DNA of 33,794 bases, taken from contig JAZDGU010000033.1 of the NCBI GenBank assembly GCA_043806595.1, positions 1-33,794 on the forward strand. Reading direction: 5' to 3'. Each line of letters opens with the position of its first letter. The stretch's first letter is position 1. A model generated the notes under the pieces. It was not told where the DNA came from. It saw nothing but the letters and a program-made list of their open reading frames with translations, and did not search any database. The stretch is from Candidatus Micrarchaeota archaeon. GTDB lineage: Archaea; Micrarchaeota; Micrarchaeia; Norongarragalinales; SBBD01. Position numbers and translations under genes: made by a program. Below, piece by piece: positions 1 to 8,252 of the stretch.

Positions 1-234
1 GTTGTCCAAGACCTCCGCGTCGAAGTTGTCCCAGCAGAGGTAAGGGTGCAGGGACTCGTTCGCAAGCGAGTTCGTCTCCGTGCCGATCTTGTGCGCGCCC
101 GAGGTGAAGAGCCCGCCGCGGATTACGAGGAACGCGAACATGACGAACATGAGCGCGCCGGCTATGAGGAAGACGTACTCCGTAGCAGTCTGCGAGCGCC
201 TGCGCGCGCGCGCCTTCCGCGGCCTGTTCAGCAT
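1..234 (-). CDS. Class III signal peptide (pilin-like) protein, paralogue 1; 3' end runs off the window
   Basis: Not in the ORF track. Manual translation from ATG 234: MLNRPRKARARRRSQTATEYVFLIAGALMFVMFAFLVIRGG...LCWDNFD. It has the basic leader + SQ|TATEY + hydrophobic helix and the DNF motif of the two upstream paralogues. The start overlaps the stop of the 228..884 gene (ATGCTGA). Confidence 0.85.
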   Translation of the reverse strand, partial: MLNRPRKARARRRSQTATEYVFLIAGALMFVMFAFLVIRGGLFTSGAHKIGTETNSLANESLHPYLCWDNFDAEVLDN

Positions 235-884
235 GCTTCCTTGCATATCTGCACGTTGTCGAATGAAGCCAAGTTGTCCGAAACCAGCCCGAGGAGGCCG
301 CGGTCGTAGTATCCCGCGGGGAGGTTTTGGGTGGCAATAAAGGCGCCGTTGTCGTAGACGGAAACCTCGCCGGCCATCGCATCGAGCCTGAGCGTCATGC
401 CGTCATTCGGGTCCGAAGACAGCGCGAAAGTAGCCAGTGTCACGCTGCCTCCCGGGCCGTGGGACACCAAATCGGCGGTGTGAGGAGACGAGCTCGCCTC
501 CAGCGAATAGTAGGTCGTCTCGTTCTGCATGCGGAAGACGATGCCGGATGAACCTCCCTGCGTGCGGAGCCACACGCTGTAGGAGAAATTGGAGACGGTC
601 AGGCCGACGTAGCTCACGCCCGCGGCAAGCGCGTGGTACTGGCCGTTGTCCTCCTGCCAGGAATCCGCCGGCGAAGGCGTCCATTTTGCCGCGCCCGCGT
701 CGAAGTTGTCGAAGAATATGTAGTTCTTCGCGTACCAGCCGAAGTACGTGCCGACGTCCTTCTCGAGCTTGACCGCGGTCTCGCCTATCAGGTTCGCCCG
801 GAGCACGAGGACGACGAAGGTGACGAACATGATCGCGCCTGCTACGAGGAAGATGTATTCCGTTGCTGTCTGCGCGCGCGGCAT
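228..884 (-). CDS. Class III signal peptide protein with a predicted lectin-like (ConA/LamG/DUF1080-like) beta-sandwich, paralogue 2
   Basis: MPRAQTATEYIFLVAGAIMFVTFVVLVL. After the TM come FFDNFD...W, GIVFRMQNETTYY and a C-terminal GLLGL...ASFDNV. Start moved to ATG 884, which has a TTTTAAA box about 25 nt upstream. Confidence 0.8.
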   Translation of the reverse strand: MPRAQTATEYIFLVAGAIMFVTFVVLVLRANLIGETAVKLEKDVGTYFGWYAKNYIFFDNFDAGAAKWTPSPADSWQEDNGQYHALAAGVSYVGLTVSNFSYSVWLRTQGGSSGIVFRMQNETTYYSLEASSSPHTADLVSHGPGGSVTLATFALSSDPNDGMTLRLDAMAGEVSVYDNGAFIATQNLPAGYYDRGLLGLVSDNLASFDNVQICKEAC

Positions 885-942
885 GGAAAGAGCAGGATAA
901 CCGCCTTTAAAATGATGCCGGAGCCAGGAGGCCGTAAAGCGG

Positions 943-1965
943 TTACGGGTTGACCGCCACGAGGGACGCACAATCAAAGTAGGGGCCAGGGGCAGTGCAC
1001 GAGGAGACGTTCGCGATCAGGTTAACACCACCCGGGATTGACTTGCAGTTGAAACTGTTAATCCTAACCGCATGCGTTTCCGTCAAAGACGGGTTGTAGG
1101 CCCAATAAACCTGCAGTGGGGCGTTCTCCCAATAGAAGGACGCGTTCGAGTCGGCAGGCAGGTTCGTGGTCCAATGAAACGTATATCTCCCGATGAGCGG
1201 TTTCTTGGGGTCGGGCAAATCGCAGGTCAGGTATAAGTCATAAATCTCCAGCGGCGGGGGCGGAGTCGGCGTGGGAGTCGCGAAGCTCGTCCGGGCGGGG
1301 AGCTTGGCGACCCTGAAGTTGTCGAAGCGCACCGGGCCCGTGGTCGTATACAGGCCGGGCTTGCCGTAGAGGTACGGGTCGGAGGCGTCGTCTGCAGTAA
1401 GAACCGCCGCGCTCGGGGACCCCGGTTCGCCGAGCGTGCAGCTCAGCCGGGAGCCTTGCGCGCGGGCAGTAAGCGGCGTCCAACCGGATATGGCGGCTAT
1501 GGTAGTATTGAGACGCATGCAACCGGAAGCATCACACCGGTCTATGTAAGTGTGCGCGCTTTCAATGCCGCACCGGTAGTGGAGGCCGTCATCCTGGTAT
1601 CGGACGACGATTCCGCCAAATGTTCCGTCGTTGTAAACGTCGGCGCGCACCTCGTATTCGTCCCAGCCAACGTCGCCGACCAAGGCAAAATTGTTTCCGG
1701 CTATTTCCTCCTGCAACAGCTCGCGGTTGTCCGCCCTCCAGTTGCCGCCGGCCTGCTTCCAGCGCTTGATGACGCCGCCCTCGAAGTTGTCGTAGAATTG
1801 ATACGGACGGCCGTACTCGTCGAGCATGCTCGCCGTGTCCGCCCTCGTCCCGCCGGCGAGACGCGGCACGAGCTCGCCCTTGATGGCGATGAAGAGGAAG
1901 ACCGCGAAGAAGATGATGCCGCCTACCATGAACAGGTATTCGGTGGCAGTCTGGCCGCGCCGCAT
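943..1965 (-). CDS. Class III signal peptide protein, paralogue 3: lectin-like domain + Pro/Thr linker + FN3-like C-terminal domain
   Basis: MRRGQTATEYLFMVGGIIFFAVFLFIAI; FYDNFE...GIVVRYQDDGLHY...GKPGL...VRFDNF; TPTPTPPPP linker; WTTNLPADS...THAVRI (FN3-like). Start at ATG 1965, with TTTTTAAAA at 1987-1995. Confidence 0.8.
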   Translation of the reverse strand: MRRGQTATEYLFMVGGIIFFAVFLFIAIKGELVPRLAGGTRADTASMLDEYGRPYQFYDNFEGGVIKRWKQAGGNWRADNRELLQEEIAGNNFALVGDVGWDEYEVRADVYNDGTFGGIVVRYQDDGLHYRCGIESAHTYIDRCDASGCMRLNTTIAAISGWTPLTARAQGSRLSCTLGEPGSPSAAVLTADDASDPYLYGKPGLYTTTGPVRFDNFRVAKLPARTSFATPTPTPPPPLEIYDLYLTCDLPDPKKPLIGRYTFHWTTNLPADSNASFYWENAPLQVYWAYNPSLTETHAVRINSFNCKSIPGGVNLIANVSSCTAPGPYFDCASLVAVNP

Positions 1966-1972
1966 GGGAGCC

Positions 1973-2563
1973 TTAGCGGTCGAGCGTTTTAAAAAGCTGC
2001 GCCAGGGAGGCAACCGCGTCCGAATTGCGCTCGACTGGGAGCGTGTTGTCGAAGAACTTCAATTGCGCGCCGAAGCGCGTCGCCAGGTGGATGGCGGCGA
2101 CCCTCTCCGAGAAAAGCGCGGTGGAGACTTCTTCGACGCTGCCCACCTCGCGCCTGCGACCGGCCGCCAGGTCGCGCTCGCGGCGCTCGATGATGGCCTC
2201 GGGCGAGGCCTCGACGAGCAGCAGCATGTCCGGCCTCAGAATGTCGGAGACGGCGTCCGGCGAGCCGGGCAGGTAGGTGTGGTGCGGGATGGTATAGATG
2301 AAGCCGTGCGTGTTGAGGAAGACGAGCCTCTCCTTGTCGGCGGTTTCACGGATGGCCTTGGCCGCGGCGTCGCGGATCGCGTTCTGCTTGGCAGCTGGCA
2401 GCTTGGCGATCTCCTCGCGGTCGCCCAGGCCCGCCTCTTTTTTGGCGATCTCGAGCATGACGTCGCCGTAACTGACCTCGCGGATTCCGGCGCCGAGACG
2501 GTTCAGCTCCGCGATGACGCGCGACTTGCCGACTGCTTTTATCCCCAGAGCGAACACCAGCAT
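1973..2563 (-). CDS. adkA: Archaeal adenylate kinase
   Basis: P-loop GIKAVGKS, SYGDVML, DREEIAKL, NTHG...YLPG and EAIIERRERD...R.R are typical of archaeal AdkA. Start at ATG 2563. Confidence 0.85.
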   Translation of the reverse strand: MLVFALGIKAVGKSRVIAELNRLGAGIREVSYGDVMLEIAKKEAGLGDREEIAKLPAAKQNAIRDAAAKAIRETADKERLVFLNTHGFIYTIPHHTYLPGSPDAVSDILRPDMLLLVEASPEAIIERRERDLAAGRRREVGSVEEVSTALFSERVAAIHLATRFGAQLKFFDNTLPVERNSDAVASLAQLFKTLDR

Positions 2564-2614
2564 GCCAAATCCCCCCGAAAAACAAAATTCGAACCGGAAA
2601 TCCATCACACTGGC

Positions 2615-2626
2615 AATATTATTAAC
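2615..2626. promoter_or_regulatory. AT-rich TATA-like element between divergent adkA and tRNA-Lys
   Basis: AATATTATTAAC about 30-40 nt upstream of the mature tRNA 5' end, in a GC-rich background. Confidence 0.5.
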
Positions 2627-2654
2627 GGTTGCGTGGCCTAATGAATCGAATCAG

Positions 2655-2729
2655 GGGCCCGTAGCTCAGTCTGGTCAGAGTGGTTGGCTTTTAACCAATC
2701 GGTCGAGGGTTCAAATCCCTCCGGGCCCG
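2655..2729 (+). tRNA. tRNA-Lys (anticodon TTT), intronless, CCA not encoded
   Basis: Acceptor GGGCCCG/CGGGCCC + G discriminator; D-arm TAGCTCAGTCTGGTCAGAG; anticodon arm GTTGG-CTTTTAA-CCAAT; T-arm GAGGG-TTCAAAT-CCCTC. Confidence 0.97.
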
Positions 2730-2904
2730 CTCGCCCCCTCGGGAAACTACGTTTCCCGGCACGGGCGGCCGCTCCCTTCCTTCATTACCGCCGGGTTACA
2801 CCCGGCATATAAATAAAGGCGGGCAGATAAAACAAATTCAGCTCGGGGGGGTATCAGAAAGTGGAGGAAACCGCGGAGACGAGAATGATTTTTCCCGTGA
2901 TCGC

Positions 2905-3279
2905 ATGAAAATCCTCTTCGACACCAATTTCCTGATGCTGCCCTTCACCTGCCGCGTGGACGTATTCGACGAGGCCCAGCGGATTGCCGGGGAGAGGGCC
3001 GAGCTGTGCGTGCTGCGGGCGTCGCTGGCGGAGCTGGCGAACGTCAAGGGCAGGGACAGGCTCGCGGGCAAGGCCGCGCTCGTCTACCTCGAGCGCAACG
3101 CGCACCGGTTCGAGTTCGTGGAGGGCGCGGGGAAGACGGACAAGCAAGTACTTGATTTCGCCCACTTGCACCGGGGCGCCGCAATCGCGACGAACGACAG
3201 GGCGCTGCGCCAGAGGCTGAGGAAGGCGGGGGCGAGGCCCATCGTGCTCCGCGGGCGCTCGCACCTCGAGTTCGGCTGA
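2905..3279 (+). CDS. PIN-domain protein, Fcf1/Utp24-like
   Basis: N-terminal ILFDTNFLM, ELANV, TDKQVL and IATNDRALR PIN motifs. Sits at the usual archaeal position upstream of rpo7. Confidence 0.85.
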   Translation: MKILFDTNFLMLPFTCRVDVFDEAQRIAGERAELCVLRASLAELANVKGRDRLAGKAALVYLERNAHRFEFVEGAGKTDKQVLDFAHLHRGAAIATNDRALRQRLRKAGARPIVLRGRSHLEFG

Positions 3280-3396
3280 CGCGGGGGAAGACGCGAGCGC
3301 AGGGGAACAAGATTTATATACCTCCCGGGGGCTAATCTCGTCCTCTTGTTTTGTTTTTTCACGGGGGCTTATCTGAAGGCATAGACGGGTGAAAAC

Positions 3397-5409
3397 ATGG
3401 ACTTTCAGGTCGTGTATCTCGCTGCCGGAGTGGGCGTGCTCGCGCTGTTGTACGCGTATTACCTGGTCCGGGGCATTTTGGAAAGGGATGCGGGGACGCC
3501 GAAGATGCGGGAGATTTCGGAAGCCATCGCCGACGGGGCGAAGGCCTACCTGATGAGGCAGCTTTACACGATACTTGCGTTCGCGGTAGTAGTCGGGGTA
3601 GTGGTCTGGTTCGGCGTAGGGCAGGCCGCGGCAATCTCCTTCGTCGCGGGCGCCGCGTGCTCTTACATTGCCGCGGTCATCGGGATGAGCATCTCCGTGC
3701 GCGCGAACGTGAGGACCGCGCAGGCGGCGAAGAAGGGCCTGAAGGAAGCGCTGGATGTAGCATTCAAGGGCGGCAGCGTGACCGGCCTGAGCGTGGTAGG
3801 GCTCGGGCTCATCGGCGTCGCTGCGACGACGGTCGTCTTCAACAGCGACGTCTCGGCGCTTATAGGGTTCGGGCTGGGCGCGTCGCTGATTTCATTGTTT
3901 GCGAGGGTAGGCGGCGGTATTTACACGAAGGCCGCGGACGTGGGCGCGGATTTGGTCGGGAAGCTGGAAGCCGGAATACCCGAGGACGACCCCCGGAACC
4001 CCGCGGTCATCGCGGACAACGTGGGGGACAACGTCGGCGACTGCGCGGGCATGGGCGCGGACCTCTTCGAGAGCTTCGTGGTGACGATAATCGCGGCGAT
4101 GCTCATCGGCATCGGCCTGACTTCGGTAGTCTACCCCGGCGGCGAGATTCTTGCAACCCTCCCGCTGCTCGTGGCCTCCGCGGGCGTCGCGGCCTCGGTA
4201 TTCGGCACCATGTTCGTCAGGCTGGGCCCGACGCGCAGGATAATGGCCGCGCTCAACAAGGGGATATATGCGACTATCATCCTGTTCGCGGGGCTGGCAT
4301 ACGTCGCGCTGGGAGTGATGGGCGTCTACGGCATGTCAATCGGAATACTCGGCGCGGTGCTCGTTGGCCTCGTGCTGACGGTAGCGGTCAGCCACATCAC
4401 CGAATACTACACGAGCAAGCACAACGCCCCGGTGCAGGAAATCGTCGAGGCGAGCAGGACCGGAGCGGGCACCAACCTCATATCGGGAATGGCCGTGGGA
4501 ATGCAGAGCACGGCGCTGCCGATACTGGCGATCGTCATCGGCATCATGCTGTCGTACCAGCTTGCGGGCGTGTACGGCATAGCAATCGCGGCGGTCGCGA
4601 TGCTTTCGTGCACGGGCATCATCGTCGCAATCGACAGCTACGGCCCGATTACGGACAACGCCGGCGGAATCGCGGAGATGGCAAAGCTCGAGGGCAAGGT
4701 CCGCAGGGTCACGGACGAGCTGGACGCCGTGGGGAACACCACGAAGGCGACGACGAAGGGGTTCGCGATAGCGTCCGCTGCTCTGTCGGCGCTGTCGCTG
4801 TTCGTCGCGTACGCGGAGTCCGTGGGGCTCTCGTCGATAAACATCCTGCGGGCCGACGTCGTCATCGGGATGCTCATCGGCGCGCTGCTTCCTTTCCTGT
4901 TCTCGTCGTTCCTCATGAAGGCCGTCGGAAGGGCCGCGTTCAAGATGGTGGAGGAGGTGCGCAGGCAGTTTCGGCAGATTAAAGGCATCATGAAGGGCAC
5001 CGCGAAGCCGGACTACGCAAAGTGCGTCGACATCAGCACGACTGCGGCGCTCAAGGAGCTCACCGCGCCGGCGCTGCTCGCGGTCGCCGCGCCGCTGCTC
5101 GTCGGCTGGCTGTTCGGCCCCGCTGCGCTCGGCGGCCTGCTCGCGGGGGCGATAATGGTGGGCCTGCCGATGGCGCTGTTCATGTCCAACTCGGGCGCGG
5201 CGTGGGACAACGCCAAGAAGTACATCGAGGAGGGCAACCTCGGAGGCAAGGGAGGAGACGCGCACAAGGCGGCCGTAGTCGGGGACACCGTCGGCGACCC
5301 GTTCAAGGACACCGCGGGGCCGGCGCTCAACTCGCTGATAAAGGTGCTCAACACGGTCGCGCTCATCGCCGCGGGGTTCCTCGTGGCGAATTCGCTCAAC
5401 CTGCTGTAG
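3397..5409 (+). CDS. hppA: Membrane-bound H+-translocating pyrophosphatase, K+-independent signature
   Basis: GGGIYTKAADVGADLVGK, EDDPRNPAVIADNVGDNVGD, DSYGPITDNAGG, GNTTKATTKG and GDTVGDPFKDT; many TM helices. Confidence 0.97.
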   Translation: MDFQVVYLAAGVGVLALLYAYYLVRGILERDAGTPKMREISEAIADGAKAYLMRQLYTILAFAVVVGVVVWFGVGQAAAISFVAGAACSYIAAVIGMSISVRANVRTAQAAKKGLKEALDVAFKGGSVTGLSVVGLGLIGVAATTVVFNSDVSALIGFGLGASLISLFARVGGGIYTKAADVGADLVGKLEAGIPEDDPRNPAVIADNVGDNVGDCAGMGADLFESFVVTIIAAMLIGIGLTSVVYPGGEILATLPLLVASAGVAASVFGTMFVRLGPTRRIMAALNKGIYATIILFAGLAYVALGVMGVYGMSIGILGAVLVGLVLTVAVSHITEYYTSKHNAPVQEIVEASRTGAGTNLISGMAVGMQSTALPILAIVIGIMLSYQLAGVYGIAIAAVAMLSCTGIIVAIDSYGPITDNAGGIAEMAKLEGKVRRVTDELDAVGNTTKATTKGFAIASAALSALSLFVAYAESVGLSSINILRADVVIGMLIGALLPFLFSSFLMKAVGRAAFKMVEEVRRQFRQIKGIMKGTAKPDYAKCVDISTTAALKELTAPALLAVAAPLLVGWLFGPAALGGLLAGAIMVGLPMALFMSNSGAAWDNAKKYIEEGNLGGKGGDAHKAAVVGDTVGDPFKDTAGPALNSLIKVLNTVALIAAGFLVANSLNLL

Positions 5410-5466
5410 TTAAATGGTTTTTCGTGGACAATAAGGGGGTGACAGACCCCCACGGGGTAGCATCCT

Positions 5467-5997
5467 ATGTATAAGCTGGTAACGTTCGAGGACACCGTGC
5501 GCATCCCGCCGAACCTCTTCGGCATGAAGCTCGATGACGCCGCGCTCAAGATACTGCGCGAGCGCTTCGAGCGCACCGTCGACAAGAACCTGGGGATAGT
5601 GCTGGGCGTGTTCAACGCCAAGATCAAGGGCGACGGCAAGATCCTGCCCGGAGACGGCGCGGCATACTTCGACGTCCAGTACCAGAGCCTCGTGTTCAAC
5701 TTGGAGGTCAACGAGGTCATCGAGGGCGAGGTCAGCGAGATCGTCGAGTTCGGGGCGTTCATCAGGCTCGGGCCGATTGACGGGCTGATGCACGTATCGC
5801 AGGTGGCCAACGAGTTCCTGTCGTACGACAAGAAGACGCAGACGCTCGTCGGCAAGAGCAGCAAGAAGACCATCAAGAAGGGCGACTTCGTGTGCGCGAA
5901 AGTCGCGACCGTCAGCTTCAAGGACACCGTGCCGAACAGCAAGGTCGCGCTCACCATGCGCTCCGAGGGGCTCGGCAAGCTCAGCAAGTCAAGGTGA
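5467..5997 (+). CDS. rpo7: RNA polymerase subunit Rpo7 (E')
   Basis: DTVRIPP, GKILPGDGAAY, and an S1 domain (EVIEGEV..IVEFGAFIRLGPIDGLMHVSQ, VALTMR..GLGK). Confidence 0.96.
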   Translation: MYKLVTFEDTVRIPPNLFGMKLDDAALKILRERFERTVDKNLGIVLGVFNAKIKGDGKILPGDGAAYFDVQYQSLVFNLEVNEVIEGEVSEIVEFGAFIRLGPIDGLMHVSQVANEFLSYDKKTQTLVGKSSKKTIKKGDFVCAKVATVSFKDTVPNSKVALTMRSEGLGKLSKSR

Positions 5998-6001
5998 AAA
6001 G

Positions 6002-6184
6002 ATGCTCAAGGCCTGCAGGAAATGCAGATACATATTCGAGGGGGACAAGTGTTCCCTTTGCGGCTCCGAGGAGTTCAGCAAGTCCTTCGAGGGCAGCATC
6101 TACGTCGTCGACCCGGGCACGTCGCAGATCGCGGGGGCCATCGGCGCCAAGGTGCCGGGCAAATACGCGCTGAAGATCAAATGA
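6002..6184 (+). CDS. spt4: Transcription elongation factor Spt4 (RpoE'')
   Basis: KACRKC..CSLCGS zinc ribbon and SQIA...PGKYALK; directly downstream of rpo7. Confidence 0.95.
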   Translation: MLKACRKCRYIFEGDKCSLCGSEEFSKSFEGSIYVVDPGTSQIAGAIGAKVPGKYALKIK

Positions 6185-6202
6185 GAAAGTGATTTACCGC
6201 AA

Positions 6203-6541
6203 ATGGCAGACTCCATCGAATTGAAGGACGAGAGGAAGAACCCGCTGTTCGGGAGGCGCGAGATAACCGCGCAGATGCGCGTCGAGGGCGCGACGCCGAC
6301 GCGCAAGCACGTGAAGAAGCTGCTCGCGGACAAGCTCGCCTCCGCCGAGGAATGCATCGTGCTGGAGAAGATCGAGCACCGCTACGGCACGCGCGCCGCG
6401 ACAATCTACGCAAGCGTCTACGACAGCGCCGAGCTGGCCAAGAAGGAGCCCGGATACAAGTCCGAGCGCGGCGGCGGCAAGAAGCAGGGCGGAGACTCGA
6501 AGGAAGAGAAGACGGAAGAGAAGAAACAACCAAAAGGCTGA
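6203..6541 (+). CDS. rps24e: 30S ribosomal protein eS24
   Basis: NPLFGRREI, ATPTR, YG...YASVYDS; conserved operon position. Confidence 0.93.
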   Translation: MADSIELKDERKNPLFGRREITAQMRVEGATPTRKHVKKLLADKLASAEECIVLEKIEHRYGTRAATIYASVYDSAELAKKEPGYKSERGGGKKQGGDSKEEKTEEKKQPKG

Positions 6542-6547
6542 TTGCGA

Positions 6548-6709
6548 ATGGCAGAAGAAGCGAAACCCGCTGCGGCGAAGAAGAAGAAAAAGCAGTTCAA
6601 GGCCTATGCCAAGCACAGGAACTGCCCCAAATGCGGCGCGCAGAGCCACCTCGCCGAGCACAAGGACCGACTGAGCTGCGGGAAATGCGGCTACATGGAA
6701 AGGAGATAA
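6548..6709 (+). CDS. rps27ae: 30S ribosomal protein eS31 (S27ae)
   Basis: Not in the ORF track (53 aa): [53 protein letters not shown], with a CPKC/CGKC zinc ribbon, following rps24e. Confidence 0.95.
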   Translation: MAEEAKPAAAKKKKKQFKAYAKHRNCPKCGAQSHLAEHKDRLSCGKCGYMERR

Positions 6710-6731
6710 TGAACCCGCCCCGCACTTTTTC

Positions 6732-8228
6732 CTAGCCGAGGAATCCCCTCAGCACGGCCGCCCGCCCGATTTCCCCCGTGACCGGCTTGCCGTCGCCGAG
6801 CATCGACAATATCCTCGAGGCCAGCCGCTGATGGCGGAATTCGGGGTCGGTGCACGGGCCGAACTCCAAGCCGAGCTCTTCCCCGCAGAGCGCCACGTCC
6901 CGGGCGACTTCAGCCCACGCCGAATGCGACGAGGCAAGCGCGGCGAGGTTGCCCTTGTTAAGGAACCTCCCGGCGAACTCGAGGTCCCGCCCGAGGTGGG
7001 AAAGCGAATCGCCCAACAGACCCGAATCAGCCGATTTCAAGGCCTTCAGGCCCCGGCCGGTGCCGATGAACTCGGGCGGAACGCCGATGCTGTAGAGCGA
7101 GCATGTGAAGGATATCGCGCGGGGCAGCGACTGCCTGCCCACGGAGCGCGAGTAGCCGAAAAGCCCTATGTGGAGCCTGCGCTCGCGCCTCGCGGGGACG
7201 TGCCGGGCGATCTTCTGCACGAACGGCGCGATCCTCTCGACCGTGCGCCGGTAGGCATCCGAAAAAACCCCTGCCGCGGATTTGAGCGACTTTTTCTCCT
7301 CCGGGGCGAATACGCGGGCTTTGCGGGAGAGTCCCGAGCCCAGCCCGCGGATTGCAGCCTTGACCTTGGCCAGAGGGTTGTCCGCGCGGAACGAGCTCTG
7401 CACGGTTGCCGTTCGCACTCCGGGGTACTGCGCGCAGAATTCGGCGGTGCGCTCCGGCGTAAGTCCCCCGCGGAACGGCGGGCCTCCGACCCCGATGATC
7501 GGAAACGCCGGCACGCCTCTTTCCTCGCTGAAGAGAGCGAAATCGCTGAGCGCGGCCTTCGCCGAGAGGACGGCGGGAACCATGCCCGCGTTGAGCGCCG
7601 GGTCGGAGCGCGCGATGAACGGCCTGACGTATTCGACTGCGAACTTTGAGAACCGCCCGGAGCTGCAGAGGTCCGCGTAGTCCGAGAGTATGGAGCCGGC
7701 ACGGAAAAGATGGTCCGGCTCCTCGATGAGGGGGATAAGCTGGATGTCTGCCGGGCCCGGCGGGCGGATTATCTCGAAGGCGTCCTTGACCTCGGAATAT
7801 TTCGAGCGGAGGTAGAAGAGCTCGCGGCCGCTCGTGGTCATCGGGAGTATGAGCTCGAACACGGGAGGCGCGTGGAGGCCGAGTTCCTCTGCTAGGTCGT
7901 TTGCGGAAATCACGTTGGCGAAGGAGCGCGCGAGCCGGTACCCCTTCTCCTTCCAGACGTTGGGCACGCGGTAGGTCAGGAACAGGTCCCGGCCGAGCGC
8001 GCGCCTGCGGTAGTACGCGGGGTGGCCCTCGAACAGCCTCTCGATGACGGCCTCGTCGACGTGCTTGCCCTCCCAGTCCCACATGAACTCGCCGCAGCCG
8101 AGCCCGGCGAAGCAGAAGTGCGCATCCTCGGCCTCCTCCGAGGTTGCTACGAACGCCCTTCCCGAAAAGGCGTGCGGGGAGGCGTTGTCGGGGTGCTGGG
8201 TCGCCATCGCCGCCGGGATTTTGCGCAT
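6732..8228 (-). CDS. ppcA: Archaeal-type phosphoenolpyruvate carboxylase
   Basis: MRKIPAAMATQHPDNA, EFMWDWEGK, FLTYRVPN, RPFIARSDPALNAG, TVQSSFR, RERRLHIGLFGYSR, LPRAISF and terminal RGFLG. Confidence 0.95.
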   Translation of the reverse strand: MRKIPAAMATQHPDNASPHAFSGRAFVATSEEAEDAHFCFAGLGCGEFMWDWEGKHVDEAVIERLFEGHPAYYRRRALGRDLFLTYRVPNVWKEKGYRLARSFANVISANDLAEELGLHAPPVFELILPMTTSGRELFYLRSKYSEVKDAFEIIRPPGPADIQLIPLIEEPDHLFRAGSILSDYADLCSSGRFSKFAVEYVRPFIARSDPALNAGMVPAVLSAKAALSDFALFSEERGVPAFPIIGVGGPPFRGGLTPERTAEFCAQYPGVRTATVQSSFRADNPLAKVKAAIRGLGSGLSRKARVFAPEEKKSLKSAAGVFSDAYRRTVERIAPFVQKIARHVPARRERRLHIGLFGYSRSVGRQSLPRAISFTCSLYSIGVPPEFIGTGRGLKALKSADSGLLGDSLSHLGRDLEFAGRFLNKGNLAALASSHSAWAEVARDVALCGEELGLEFGPCTDPEFRHQRLASRILSMLGDGKPVTGEIGRAAVLRGFLG

Positions 8229-8252
8229 AAGATGCATTGGAAAGCAACCTCA

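Noticed and set aside
943..1965. Diversity-generating retroelement targeting the variable surface genes
   Set aside because: No reverse transcriptase and no near-identical TR/VR pair differing at adenines was seen in the window.
2655..2729. tRNA-Lys as an integration site for an island
   Set aside because: No integrase and no duplicated tRNA 3' end noticed; the flanking genes are housekeeping.
5425..5460. GGGGT-GACAG-ACCCC and CCCC-AC-GGGG hairpins between hppA and rpo7
   Set aside because: Stems are short and likely by chance at this GC content; no further support for a regulatory RNA.
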